A stretch of 23,578 nucleotides of DNA from a bacterium (GCA_046757025.1 JBHHXN010000076.1:1-23578); one strand, 5' to 3'; shown: positions 8,245 through 17,795, numbered from the stretch's first letter. Numbers and translations are program-made. The notes: a model not told the origin generated them from the sequence alone.

Positions 8245-8400
8245 GAGACTGTGTGAAAAGTCAACTTCCGCGCTTTTGTCATTCAGGAGGAATCTTTTTA
8301 GTTTGGACGTAAAGTGCTGTTTATTAAATAGATTCTTCCAGAATAACATCTACGTGTTTTTATGCTTGGAGCTGTCTCGATCTACTTTTCACACAGGCTC
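8245..8400. mobile_element. MITE copy B (156 bp)
   Basis: TIRs GAGACTGTGTGAAAAGT and ACTTTTCACACAGGCTC (16/17 match); 4-bp TSD TGAA (8241-8244 and 8401-8404); REP-like core TGTCATTC..GGAGGAATCT...AGATTCTTCCAGAATAACA. Confidence 0.88.
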
Positions 8401-8438
8401 TGAAGCTTGTACACCTGTGATAAGATCGCGCACTTACT

Positions 8439-9194
8439 TTATTTTATTTTTTTCAAAAAAGCCAGGGATTTCAACTCCCGCAGCTCATCGAAATGGTATT
8501 TCAAATACGCTGCTAAAAATTCCGCCACCTGGCGTTCATCGCCTGCAGACAAACTCAGCCCATTCAGTTTCGCAATCGGCGACCTTTGAAATGAGCGCAA
8601 CACATGCAAGGTTTCCGGTGACAAAATCATGCCTGGCGAAGTCGCCTGCCGGCACTTTGTGCAAAGAAAACCGCCATGTGCGATGTCAATCAAGACCTCG
8701 TTGGGGCTGGATTTCTGGCAGCGCATGCATTTTTTGAGCTCGGGTGCGAGCCCCGACAAACTCAGCAAACGCACCTGAAAGGCCTGAAAACAATGCATGG
8801 GGCGCGCCTGGGCGTTGTCTATGCCGTTGAGAACCTCCAGCAGTAGTTTGAACATGCGGGAATTGGGGGAAACGCCCACCTCCAATCGCTCCAGCAGTTC
8901 GCCGGCAGCCATGGCGATGGCGGTTTTTTCCAGGTTGTGCTTGATGGCCGGAAAGGACTGAATGATATCGGCTTGACTCAGCAGTTGTAGATCACGCGTT
9001 TCTTTTTCATAAAAAACCACCGAAATGTAATTGAGCAACTCCAGGCTGCCGCCAAATCGACTTTTGGCACTGCGGGCACCTTTGGCGATCACTTTCATTT
9101 TACCGAAAGCCCGGGTGTAGAGCGTTAAAATCTTGCTGGTTTCTCGAAAACGCAGTGATTTCAGCACGATGGCTTCGGTCTTGCGGAGAGACAT
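8439..9194 (-). CDS. recO: DNA repair protein RecO
   Basis: TEAIVLKS..FRETSKILTLYTRAFGK..VIAKGAR OB fold; zinc ligands CMRC...CTKC. Confidence 0.96.
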   Translation of the reverse strand: MSLRKTEAIVLKSLRFRETSKILTLYTRAFGKMKVIAKGARSAKSRFGGSLELLNYISVVFYEKETRDLQLLSQADIIQSFPAIKHNLEKTAIAMAAGELLERLEVGVSPNSRMFKLLLEVLNGIDNAQARPMHCFQAFQVRLLSLSGLAPELKKCMRCQKSSPNEVLIDIAHGGFLCTKCRQATSPGMILSPETLHVLRSFQRSPIAKLNGLSLSAGDERQVAEFLAAYLKYHFDELRELKSLAFLKKIK

Positions 9195-9195
9195 T

Positions 9196-10548
9196 TTACA
9201 TATACTGCAGAGTTAGAGTGATCAATCCGAGATAAATAAACAAACCGATCACGTCGTTGAATGTGGTGATGAATGGGCCGGTGGCAATGGCCGGATCCAC
9301 GCCCAGTCGCTTGAGCACCAACGGCACACTGGCTCCCACAAATGCGGCGTTCAAAATCACCATCAACATCACAAGACTTAAAATGACGCCGAATCGCGGT
9401 TCTCCAAAAAAAGTTACCACGCCAAAAAGCAAGATCCCACAAACCGACCCGTTTAGCAACGAAACCCGAAATTCCTTTTTTAGTCGTTTTAGCGTGTCAG
9501 CCGGGTTGAGTTCTCCCAGCGCCAGGCCGCGCACGACAATGGTCGCTGCTTGGATGCCGGAGTTGCCGCCCATGGCCATCATCAACGGAATAAATAGAGC
9601 CGCTACAAACACTTTTTGAATGGAGGCTTCGAAGTAATTCAAAACTATCGCTGAAAACATTTCACCTACAAATGCGATGAGCAGCCAGGGCAAACGCACC
9701 ATAGAAATTTTGAACGCTGAAGTTTCACGGATTTCTTCTTCATCGGTCAAACCCGCCATCTTCTGCATGTCTTCCGAAGCTTCTTCCTCCATCACATCGA
9801 CGACGTCATCAATGGTTATACGGCCCACCAACTTACCAGCCGAATCCACAACCGGCAACGACACCAAATCGTAACGCCTGAAAATATTCGCTACCTGCTC
9901 CTGGTCCATTTCCACCGGCGCCCTCACGACCTCGCGCTCCATGATATTTTTAACTATCTCATTCGGCCGGGCGAGAATCAATTTTTTCAAGGATAAAACC
10001 CCCACCAGTACGTTCTCCCTGTTCACCACCCAGATGTTGTACAGCTCTTCGACTTCCTCGGCTTTGGTACGGATTTCCTGAATGGCTTCGTCCACGGAGG
10101 TATCTTCGTACACCGATACGAATTCCAACGCCATGATGCCGCCGGCGGTGTCTTCTTCGTGGCGCAGCAGCTCTTTGACCTCTTCCGAATCTTCTTCGTC
10201 GATGGATTCCAGCACTTTTTCTGCCACTTCGTCCGGCAGCTCCGCGACGATATCCGTGGCGTCGTCCGAATCCATCTCGTCCACGATTTCGGAAAGCCGT
10301 TCATGATGCAATTCAGCTACCAGTTTGTCGCGCGAGACGTCGTCCAGCTCAAGCAGCACATCGGAGGCGGAATCCGCATCCAGTAAACCGAAGACGTATT
10401 GAATGTGTTCATCCGAGAGATTGCGAATGATATTGGCGATGTCCGCCGGATGGTTGCCAACCAAAATGTTGGCGATCATGCGGTCGTCTCTTTCAGCGGC
10501 TAAATATTCAATGTCATCGAGAATGTTTTTTAAATCTGTGTCTTCCAT
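9196..10548 (-). CDS. mgtE: Magnesium transporter MgtE
   Basis: Acidic N-domain (HPADIA, MDSDDATD), CBS pair (TAGGIM, GRITIDD), TM motifs RLPWL, GGNSGIQ and DPAIATGPFITTFND. Confidence 0.98.
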   Translation of the reverse strand: MEDTDLKNILDDIEYLAAERDDRMIANILVGNHPADIANIIRNLSDEHIQYVFGLLDADSASDVLLELDDVSRDKLVAELHHERLSEIVDEMDSDDATDIVAELPDEVAEKVLESIDEEDSEEVKELLRHEEDTAGGIMALEFVSVYEDTSVDEAIQEIRTKAEEVEELYNIWVVNRENVLVGVLSLKKLILARPNEIVKNIMEREVVRAPVEMDQEQVANIFRRYDLVSLPVVDSAGKLVGRITIDDVVDVMEEEASEDMQKMAGLTDEEEIRETSAFKISMVRLPWLLIAFVGEMFSAIVLNYFEASIQKVFVAALFIPLMMAMGGNSGIQAATIVVRGLALGELNPADTLKRLKKEFRVSLLNGSVCGILLFGVVTFFGEPRFGVILSLVMLMVILNAAFVGASVPLVLKRLGVDPAIATGPFITTFNDVIGLFIYLGLITLTLQYM

Positions 10549-11339
10549 TATTCACTCAGTAAATTTGCTAATCGCACGAACTCCTCCGCTCTGAGCTCCT
10601 CGGGTCGCTGCTCTAAATTAAAATCCAGACAGTTGAGTTTGCCAGCAATTTCAGGCAGATTTCGTAATGACCTGCGCAACATTTTTCTTCGCTGCTGAAA
10701 AGCCCTGTGAATGATTTTATCTAGCAATTTAAAATCCTTTACCATCAATTGTGGTGATCGATAAAAATCCCAGCGTACCACGGACGAGTCCACTTCCGGC
10801 TGCGGCTTAAACACGTTTTTTGACACATGAAATAAAATTCGCACATCTGAAAACAATTGGCTGAATACCGACAAAATGCCGTATTCTTTATTTCCAGGCG
10901 CTGCGGCAAGGCGTTGTGCCACCTCTTTTTGTACCATGAGAATCATGTCCTCCACCCGATGGCGAAAATCGAAAATCTCGAAAAGCACCGGACTGGTGAT
11001 ATGATAGGGAATGTTTCCCAGCACTCTTATTTTTACCTGCTCAGGAAAGCAGCCTTTTAAGTCGATTTTCAGAATGTCGTCATGAATCAAAGTGACATTT
11101 TTGTGGCAACCCAGAGCCAGCTGCAATTTCTCGAACAGATGATTATCGATTTCAACCGCCACCAACTGTTTCACTTCCGAAACGAGATATTTAGTCAAAA
11201 CCCCAAAACCGGCGCCGATTTCCAAAATGACATCGTTCGGAGTTGGGGCTAAACACTGGATGATTTTCCGGGCGATATTTTCGTCCACCAAAAAATTTTG
11301 CCCAAGGCTTTTTTTAGGACGAAATTTCAGTCCGTTCAT
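10548..11339 (-). CDS. rsmA: 16S rRNA m6(2)A1518/1519 dimethyltransferase RsmA/KsgA
   Basis: KKSLGQNFL, LEIGAGFGVLT, GNIPYHIT, MVQKEVAQRL, FKPQPEVDSSV and FQQRRKML. Confidence 0.98.
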   Translation of the reverse strand: MNGLKFRPKKSLGQNFLVDENIARKIIQCLAPTPNDVILEIGAGFGVLTKYLVSEVKQLVAVEIDNHLFEKLQLALGCHKNVTLIHDDILKIDLKGCFPEQVKIRVLGNIPYHITSPVLFEIFDFRHRVEDMILMVQKEVAQRLAAAPGNKEYGILSVFSQLFSDVRILFHVSKNVFKPQPEVDSSVVRWDFYRSPQLMVKDFKLLDKIIHRAFQQRRKMLRRSLRNLPEIAGKLNCLDFNLEQRPEELRAEEFVRLANLLSE

Positions 11340-12115
11340 TCCATTTCCTTATCACCCAGATTAAACAAGTGCACGGCGTTTTGCGTGGTTGTCCTCTGCA
11401 CTTCAACCTCATCGCATTGCTTAATCTCTGCCAGCTTTTGTGCGATGTAAACCACGTTTGCCGGTTCATTGCGCCGGCCGCGTCGGGGCTCTGGCGACAG
11501 AAAGGGACAATCGGTCTCCAGAAGCAAACGGTTCAAAGGAACCGATTTTGCCACTTCCGGCAGCGCTGATTTTTTAAAGGTCAAATTGCCCGTAAAGGAA
11601 ATATGAAATCCCAGATCGAGCACGGCCTCGGCTACTTCCGGACCCTCGGAAAAACAGTGAAACACGCCGGTCAACCCATCGGTTTCTTCGGACTGCAAGA
11701 TTTTCACGATTTCTCTGCCCGCCTGACGATTGTGGATGATGATGGGCAAACCCACTTCTCTGGCCAATCGAACCTGGCGACGAAATACCTTCTTTTGCAC
11801 CTCGTCCTCGCTGCTCTGCCGATAAAAATCCAGCCCGATTTCCCCGATGGCCACCACCGCCGGATGCCTCGCCAAACGCTGCAATTCCTGGAAATCCCGC
11901 TCCTGCACAGTTGCCGCATCGTTGGGATGAATGCCCACGGCGGCCAACAAACCCGCCTGTTTTTCAGCCATCTCGATGCAGGTTTTGCTGGTGGGCAAAT
12001 CCACCCCGATATTGATGATGCATTTGACCCCCGCCTGCAGGGCGCGCTGGATGACTTGCGCGCGGTCGCCGTCAAACTGACCAAAATAAAGATGCGCATG
12101 CGTATCTATCAACAT
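11336..12115 (-). CDS. tatD: TatD family deoxyribonuclease
   Basis: IDTHAH, GIHP, GEIGLDF, HCFS and LLETDCPFLSP..RGRRNEP. Confidence 0.97.
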   Translation of the reverse strand: MLIDTHAHLYFGQFDGDRAQVIQRALQAGVKCIINIGVDLPTSKTCIEMAEKQAGLLAAVGIHPNDAATVQERDFQELQRLARHPAVVAIGEIGLDFYRQSSEDEVQKKVFRRQVRLAREVGLPIIIHNRQAGREIVKILQSEETDGLTGVFHCFSEGPEVAEAVLDLGFHISFTGNLTFKKSALPEVAKSVPLNRLLLETDCPFLSPEPRRGRRNEPANVVYIAQKLAEIKQCDEVEVQRTTTQNAVHLFNLGDKEME

Positions 12116-12248
12116 TGAACGACTTTCATCCTATGTTTAAAACCACGAATAAAAAGGAAAAGTGACCGCTCTCCCACAAGCAGCCCCTCTGACGGCTGCA
12201 AAAGCGAGAACGCGCTTCGAAGCAGCAAGAGAAGTATTTGGTCGATGG

Positions 12249-14318
12249 TTAATTTATTTTTGCGCCGGCAGCGATGTCTTGGTCCACGGTGACCAGGCTC
12301 AAATTTCCGCTTTCATCTTCTGCCGCCAACAGCATGCCCTGCGATTCCAACCCGCGGATTTTAGCGGGTTCCAGATTCGCCACCACCACGATTTTTTTGC
12401 CCGTCAGTTCAGACGGCTGCACGTGCTGCGCAATGCCGGCCACGATTTGACGCTTTTCGCCGCCGAGCTCAATTTCCAGACGCAGTAATTTGTCCGCTTT
12501 TTCCACCCGTTCCGCCAGGAGAATTTGAGCCACGCGCAGATCGACCTGTTTGAATTGATCGATGGAAATCAAATTAACTTTATCTTCTGACAATTTTCCC
12601 TCCTCTTGACTTGCCCCGACTGGCGTTCCCTGGCCAGCACCGGTATGTAATTTTTCCATTTCTCGCTGTATGACGTCGTCTTCGATTTTTGAAAATAATA
12701 TTTCCGCTTTATTGAGAACATGACCCACGGGCAGATAATTCTTTCCGGCTTCGGACCACTCTTGCTGGTGCACACTGTCTTCCAAATTAAGCAGCCGCCA
12801 GAGCTTTTCAGCGGAAAACGGCAAAAAGGGCTCCATGGTCACGGCCAGCGTTTTGGAAACCTGAATGCAGATATTCAGCGTGGTGGCGCATTTGTTCAGA
12901 TCGGTTTTCACCGTTTGCCAGGGCGCCTGATCATTGAAGTATTTATTGGCGTCGCGACAGACGTCCATGAATTCCCGCAACCCCTGGCGCACGGAAAATG
13001 TTTCCAGCGCCTGGCCGATGCGTTCAGGCGCCGCGGCAATGCGTGCCAGCATTTCCCGGTCGGCGTCATCGAGCTGATTTTGCTGCGGCACCTGCCGGTT
13101 GAAATATTTTTCCACAAAGGTTAGCGAGCGGTTTACAAAATTGCCCAAAATGCCCACCAATTCGCTGTTGTTTTTGGTTTGAAAATCTTTCCAGGAAAAA
13201 TCGGCGTCTTTGGTTTCCGGTGAAATGGAAGCCAGACAGTACCGCAGCGGGTCCACTGGAAACGCGTCCAGATACTCATTCAGCCAGATGGCGTAATTGC
13301 GACTGGTGGACAATTTCTGTCGTTCGATATTGAGATACTCGTTAGCCGGTACGTTGGCCGGCAACACATAATCGCCTTTTGCCATCAAAATCGCCGGAAA
13401 CATCACGGCGTGAAACACAATGTTGTCTTTTCCGATGAAATGAATGAGTTGACAATTTTCATTCTGCCAGTAGTCTTTCCAGCGATCGGGCTGACCGCCA
13501 TTTGCAGCCCACTCTTTGGTTGAAGAGATGTAACCGAGTACCGCTTCAAACCAGACATAGAGCACTTTATTTTCGGCTTTAGCCAGCGGTACTTTGATGC
13601 CCCAATTCAAATCGCGGGTCACCGCCCGATCTTTCAATCCTTGTTTGAACCAGCCGTAGCAATAATTTTTCACGTTCTCTTTCCACTCGGGATGGCTATC
13701 GAGATATTTCTGGAGCCGCTCCTGGAAATCGCCCAGGGGAAAATACCAGTGAAAAGTTTCTTGTAAAACCGGCTTCTTGCCGGAGATTTTGCTTTTGGGA
13801 TTGATCAATTCAATTTGATTCAGGTCGCTACCGCAATGCTCACACTGGTCGCCGCGCGCTTCAGGAAACCCACAGTTGGGGCAGGTGCCTTCCACATAGC
13901 GATCCGGCAAAAACATCTCAGCCTCTTCATCATAAAATTGCCGGTCTTTTTTCTTTTTAAGAATGCCTTTCTGGTGCAGATCCAGAAAAAACTCTTGACC
14001 TGTTTGATGATGCACCGGAAGCGAAGTGCGGGAGTAATTGTCAAAACTGATGCCAAACCTCTGAAAGCTACGTTTATTCAGCTCATGATAACGATCGATT
14101 ATGACCTGCGGGCGGACGCCCTCCTGCTCGGCTTTGATGGTGATGGGTACGCCATGTTCATCGGAACCGCAAATATAAATCACGTCGCTGCCCCTCAGCC
14201 GCTGGTAGCGCACATAAATATCGGCGGGTAAATACGCGCCGGCTAAATGCCCCAGATGCAGCGGCCCGTTGGCATACGGCAATGCGCTGGTAACCAAAAT
14301 TTTCTTTTTTGTTGTCAA
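12249..14318 (-). CDS. metG: Methionine--tRNA ligase with C-terminal tRNA-binding OB domain
   Basis: ALPYANGPLHLGH (HIGH), zinc knuckle CPNC/CEHC, YVWFEA, GKDNIVFH, KLSTS (KMSKS), NLEPAKIRGLESQGMLLAA; TTG start with AGAGG SD. Confidence 0.98.
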   Translation of the reverse strand: MTTKKKILVTSALPYANGPLHLGHLAGAYLPADIYVRYQRLRGSDVIYICGSDEHGVPITIKAEQEGVRPQVIIDRYHELNKRSFQRFGISFDNYSRTSLPVHHQTGQEFFLDLHQKGILKKKKDRQFYDEEAEMFLPDRYVEGTCPNCGFPEARGDQCEHCGSDLNQIELINPKSKISGKKPVLQETFHWYFPLGDFQERLQKYLDSHPEWKENVKNYCYGWFKQGLKDRAVTRDLNWGIKVPLAKAENKVLYVWFEAVLGYISSTKEWAANGGQPDRWKDYWQNENCQLIHFIGKDNIVFHAVMFPAILMAKGDYVLPANVPANEYLNIERQKLSTSRNYAIWLNEYLDAFPVDPLRYCLASISPETKDADFSWKDFQTKNNSELVGILGNFVNRSLTFVEKYFNRQVPQQNQLDDADREMLARIAAAPERIGQALETFSVRQGLREFMDVCRDANKYFNDQAPWQTVKTDLNKCATTLNICIQVSKTLAVTMEPFLPFSAEKLWRLLNLEDSVHQQEWSEAGKNYLPVGHVLNKAEILFSKIEDDVIQREMEKLHTGAGQGTPVGASQEEGKLSEDKVNLISIDQFKQVDLRVAQILLAERVEKADKLLRLEIELGGEKRQIVAGIAQHVQPSELTGKKIVVVANLEPAKIRGLESQGMLLAAEDESGNLSLVTVDQDIAAGAKIN

Positions 14319-14445
14319 TCTGGCCTCTTTCGGGTGATCTTATGTTGGTCGGAATCGCGACTGAAACACAAGTTTAAACAATGCTAACGGAACATTTTTC
14401 TCCACAGATGTACCGTTGCTCGCCAATCACGATTCTCTTAAAAAA

Positions 14446-15303
14446 CTAATTTGCCTCTTTTATTTCATCTACTGATGGCACACAATCGTTGTCGCATTCC
14501 TGAATTTTGTCTCTCACATAATCTAAAGGAAAAATCTCCGTGGTGTCATCCGGATACAGCACGATCACATTTTCATTAAAAATGTCGATGTTGGAAATGA
14601 GACCCTCTCCGTATTCGGTCTGAATGGTCTTGGCCAGATGCGGGAATTGTTCAATGGCCTGATTGTAGAAATCCCGTTCAAACACCAGACAGCATTTGAG
14701 CCGGCCGCAAACGCCGGCCAGTTTGGTGGGATTAAGCGGCAGGTTCTGTTCTTTTGCAGCCTGGGTGGTGATGGGGGTAAACTCTTTGATCCAGGAAGAA
14801 CAGCACAATTTCCGGCCGCAAACGCCGAAGCCGCCCAGTCTTCGAGCTTCGTCGCGCACGCCGATCTGCCGAAATTCAATGCGGGTTCGAAAGACGCGAG
14901 CCACATCCCGCACCAGTTTGCGAAAATCCACGCGCTGGTCTGAAGTAAAGTAAAAAGTGATCTTGTTTTTATCAAACTGATATTCACAATCCACCAGTTT
15001 CATGTTCAAATTGTGTTTGCTGACTTTCACTTTGCATTTGTCAAACGCGCTCAACTCTTGCGCTTGATTTTCCTGATACTTCAGCAAATCCTGCTGAGTG
15101 GATTTGCGAATCACCTTTTTCAAAGATAATTTATCTATATCGGGGTGCAGCAGCGGGGTAATCTGATTTACGCGACCCAAATCCACGCCCTTATCTGCTT
15201 CCACAATGGCAAAATCGCCTACTTTAAACGGTACCTGCTGATTATTTTCATAAAACGCGCGCCGCTCACCTTTGAATTTTATCTCGATAATATTACTGCT
15301 CAT
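14446..15303 (-). CDS. ricT: PSP1 domain / RicT (YaaT) regulatory iron-sulfur protein
   Basis: FYFTSDQRVDFRKLVR, RIEFRQIGVRDEA, CGRKLCC, AKEQNLPLNPTKLAGVCGRLKCCL; lies directly after holB, as is usual for the family. Confidence 0.93.
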   Translation of the reverse strand: MSSNIIEIKFKGERRAFYENNQQVPFKVGDFAIVEADKGVDLGRVNQITPLLHPDIDKLSLKKVIRKSTQQDLLKYQENQAQELSAFDKCKVKVSKHNLNMKLVDCEYQFDKNKITFYFTSDQRVDFRKLVRDVARVFRTRIEFRQIGVRDEARRLGGFGVCGRKLCCSSWIKEFTPITTQAAKEQNLPLNPTKLAGVCGRLKCCLVFERDFYNQAIEQFPHLAKTIQTEYGEGLISNIDIFNENVIVLYPDDTTEIFPLDYVRDKIQECDNDCVPSVDEIKEAN

Positions 15304-15306
15304 GAT

Positions 15307-16392
15307 CTATCTCCTGATGTAATTACGCAATTTATTCAGTAGAACAATTAAGATAAGATTTATTTGGACGTTTCGTTCCATCAGCTCCAATGCTTTTTCA
15401 ATTTCCTGCACCGCGCTGTGCATGTCCGCATTGGGAAAATGTTTGGTAAAATTGCTGAGAACTTCTAACTCGTCTAAGTTTATGAGATTATCATCGGTTT
15501 GGCCATCGGTCTCTTTAAAAATCAGGGCGTCTCGAAACCAGATAATCAAAAGCGTTAACAGCTCCTTGACCTTTTTTTGATCTCGCTGCACGGTTTGCAA
15601 GATATCTTCAATATATAAAATTTGAGTAAATTCGTTTTGAACGGATTTTCGAAACAGCTCCAGAGCTTTGGTCTGCATTTCTTGTAAATTATCATCCAGC
15701 AAATCCAAAGCATGGCGATAACTGCCGCCGGCCAAACGTGCCATCAAACGCGCCTGTTTTTCGGCCACCGAATTGCGCTCTTGAAGAGCCGTTTCAATGT
15801 CCTCCACGCTCAGGGGATCGAATTTGATGCTTTGACATCGGGAGACAATGGTCGGCAACAGCAGGCTCGGTCTGGAAGAAATCATGATGATAAACATTTT
15901 ATCGGGCGGCTCTTCTAATATTTTTAGCAAGGCATTGGCGGCTTCGGTGGTCATTCTTTCGCAATCGACGATGATTTCCACACGCCCTTTACCCTCAAAA
16001 GATTTGAACGAAGAGGTGTGCCGAACATCGCGAATGCGTTCAATGGAAATCGAAGGGTTGGCCCAGAGCTCCAGTCGCTGGTATGGGTCTGCCGCTACGC
16101 TGGCAACGATTTTTTGATGTTCATCCTCTTTTATTTTAGCGGGTGCCGGAAAAATAAGATGCACATCGGGATGATTGAGCTTAGAAATGCGACTGCAATC
16201 CGTACAGGCGCCTTTCTGGCAATTCAAACCATCCGGGCAGATGAGAGCTTTGGCCAATTCCACCGCCATGGCGACTTTCCCCACGCCACGTTCGCCCACA
16301 AAAAGATAGGCATGGGATAGGCGGCCGCTGGTAAACGCCTTCTGAAAAAATTCCTTCACGCGATTTTGTCCGATTATCTTATCAAATGCCAT
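15307..16392 (-). CDS. holB: DNA polymerase III subunit delta' (likely start MAFDKIIGQ at 16392; ORF extends to 16419)
   Basis: RLSHAYLFVGERGVGK degenerate Walker A, four-Cys zinc module, HPDV, AANALLKILEEPP and LLPTIVSRC. Confidence 0.95.
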   Translation of the reverse strand: MAFDKIIGQNRVKEFFQKAFTSGRLSHAYLFVGERGVGKVAMAVELAKALICPDGLNCQKGACTDCSRISKLNHPDVHLIFPAPAKIKEDEHQKIVASVAADPYQRLELWANPSISIERIRDVRHTSSFKSFEGKGRVEIIVDCERMTTEAANALLKILEEPPDKMFIIMISSRPSLLLPTIVSRCQSIKFDPLSVEDIETALQERNSVAEKQARLMARLAGGSYRHALDLLDDNLQEMQTKALELFRKSVQNEFTQILYIEDILQTVQRDQKKVKELLTLLIIWFRDALIFKETDGQTDDNLINLDELEVLSNFTKHFPNADMHSAVQEIEKALELMERNVQINLILIVLLNKLRNYIRR

Positions 16393-16451
16393 AAATTCGC
16401 TTCTTTCAACTTGGCCCATGCCGGTGTACGGATTTCAAATTTATTTCACGA

Positions 16452-17612
16452 TTATCTACTGAGCCAGTTTTCAGGATTCAGTTTTTGTTGGCCCTGCCAC
16501 AGCTCAAAATGCAGCATGGGACCCCGCAATGAACCCGACTCGCCGACTTTGCCGATGATCTGGCCCAGGGTCACTTCGTCGAACATGTCCACCAGGATCG
16601 CTTCCAGATGCGTGTAAACCGAATAAAACCCGCCATAATGACTGATGATGATCAGATTGCCACGACCCCGTTGCCAGGTAATGACTGTGACTTTTCCGCT
16701 TGCCACCGCTTGTATGGGTGTGCCCATCTCCGCCTGAATATCGATGCCGAGATTTTCCGTGACGGTTTTCAATTCCGGGTGTCGATACTTCCCGAAACGG
16801 GTGATGACTTTTCCCCTAACCGGCCAGAGCATTTTGCCTTTGAGCTCGGCAAATGGCGTACCCGGATCGATCAGGCGTTCGGTAGCGGCAGCGGCTTCGA
16901 GTTGAGCAATTAACTTCTGAATATCTTCAGCCGCTTTTTCCTTTGCTTGCAATTCCTGTTTCAGAAAAGCGGTGTCTTTTTGAATTTTGCGCAGTATTTT
17001 TTGCCGCTCGGCTTTCTTGTTCTTTAAATTTTGTTCTTCCCTGATCTTGGTTTTTAACAGCTTGCGTTTTTCTGCAAGCTCGATGGTCAACAAATTTTTG
17101 TCGACGGTTATCTGGGCTTGCTTTTCTTTTATCTTTTGATAATTGCGAAAATCCTGCTGCGACATGCGTTTTTGATATTCCAGCCACAGCAGCCCTTTAT
17201 TGATGGAGCGCGCCGTCAGCAGCAGCTCCAGATCCTTCATGCGACCGTATTTATAAAAATACACCAGCCGTTTTTTTAATATGTCTTTTAAACGATTGAG
17301 CTCTTCCTGAGTAGTTTTGAGATTTTGCTCGATTTTGGTGATTTGCTTTTCTTTTTTCTTTTGCTCTTTTTTCAGACTCTGGATGAAGCTCTGAGTCAAA
17401 TCGATTTCCAAATCTAAATTGGTGAGCAGATACAATTCGGAGGAGGCCTTCTTTTCACTGGCCGCGATTTCTTTTTCGACTTTTTGAATGTCTGCTCGTA
17501 TTTTTCGAAGCTTCTCATGATGGGTGGCTGTTCTCCGCTGCCCGTGCAAAGCAGACAAAAACACCAGTGAGAACAGAAAGATGAACATAAAGTAGGGTAT
17601 TCGGTCATTCAT
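16452..17612 (-). CDS. envC: EnvC-like murein hydrolase activator (signal/TM, coiled coil, M23/LytM domain)
   Basis: Hydrophobic N-terminus, long coiled coil, KGKMLWPVRG, NLGIDI (first Zn His replaced by N), IIISH, YTHL and LHFELW. Confidence 0.85.
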   Translation of the reverse strand: MNDRIPYFMFIFLFSLVFLSALHGQRRTATHHEKLRKIRADIQKVEKEIAASEKKASSELYLLTNLDLEIDLTQSFIQSLKKEQKKKEKQITKIEQNLKTTQEELNRLKDILKKRLVYFYKYGRMKDLELLLTARSINKGLLWLEYQKRMSQQDFRNYQKIKEKQAQITVDKNLLTIELAEKRKLLKTKIREEQNLKNKKAERQKILRKIQKDTAFLKQELQAKEKAAEDIQKLIAQLEAAAATERLIDPGTPFAELKGKMLWPVRGKVITRFGKYRHPELKTVTENLGIDIQAEMGTPIQAVASGKVTVITWQRGRGNLIIISHYGGFYSVYTHLEAILVDMFDEVTLGQIIGKVGESGSLRGPMLHFELWQGQQKLNPENWLSR

Positions 17613-17617
17613 GTTTT

Positions 17618-17646
17618 AAATTAACAGAATAAAGCATGAAAATCAA
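17618..17646 (-). promoter_or_regulatory. Putative sigma70 promoter giving a leaderless or near-leaderless envC transcript
   Basis: Minus strand TTGATT-17 nt-TAATTT with TGn extension, then 5 nt to ATG; no SD. Confidence 0.55.
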
Positions 17647-17696
17647 CAAAAAAATCTGAAGTTAAGCGCCTATAATTTCTAACCCGAACGAATGTC

Positions 17697-17724
17697 TTGC
17701 AAGTTGCGAAAAAGATTTTATATT
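17697..17724 (+). promoter_or_regulatory. Putative sigma70 promoter of the MFS gene
   Basis: TTGCAA-16 nt-TATATT, about 70 nt upstream of the ATG. Confidence 0.4.
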
Positions 17725-17795
17725 GAGCAAGCAAATTACTTAAAACCTGCTGAATTGTATCGATATATTATCTTGACCCGAAAAATCATCCGGCA

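Noticed and set aside
8049..8400. Repeated GAGACTGTGTGAAA considered as a CRISPR or tandem array
   Set aside because: Only two units, the interiors are homologous, each has TIRs and a TSD, and no cas genes are present.
8057..8737. 226-aa plus-strand ORF with an internal repeat (LSLRRNLFILNV / LSFRRNLFSLDV)
   Set aside because: It is a read-through of the two MITE copies plus antisense recO, with no SD or protein motif.
14319..14445. Possible T-box or SAM riboswitch upstream of metG
   Set aside because: The gap is only 127 nt and has no T-box (UGGNACC) or S-box consensus and no terminator.
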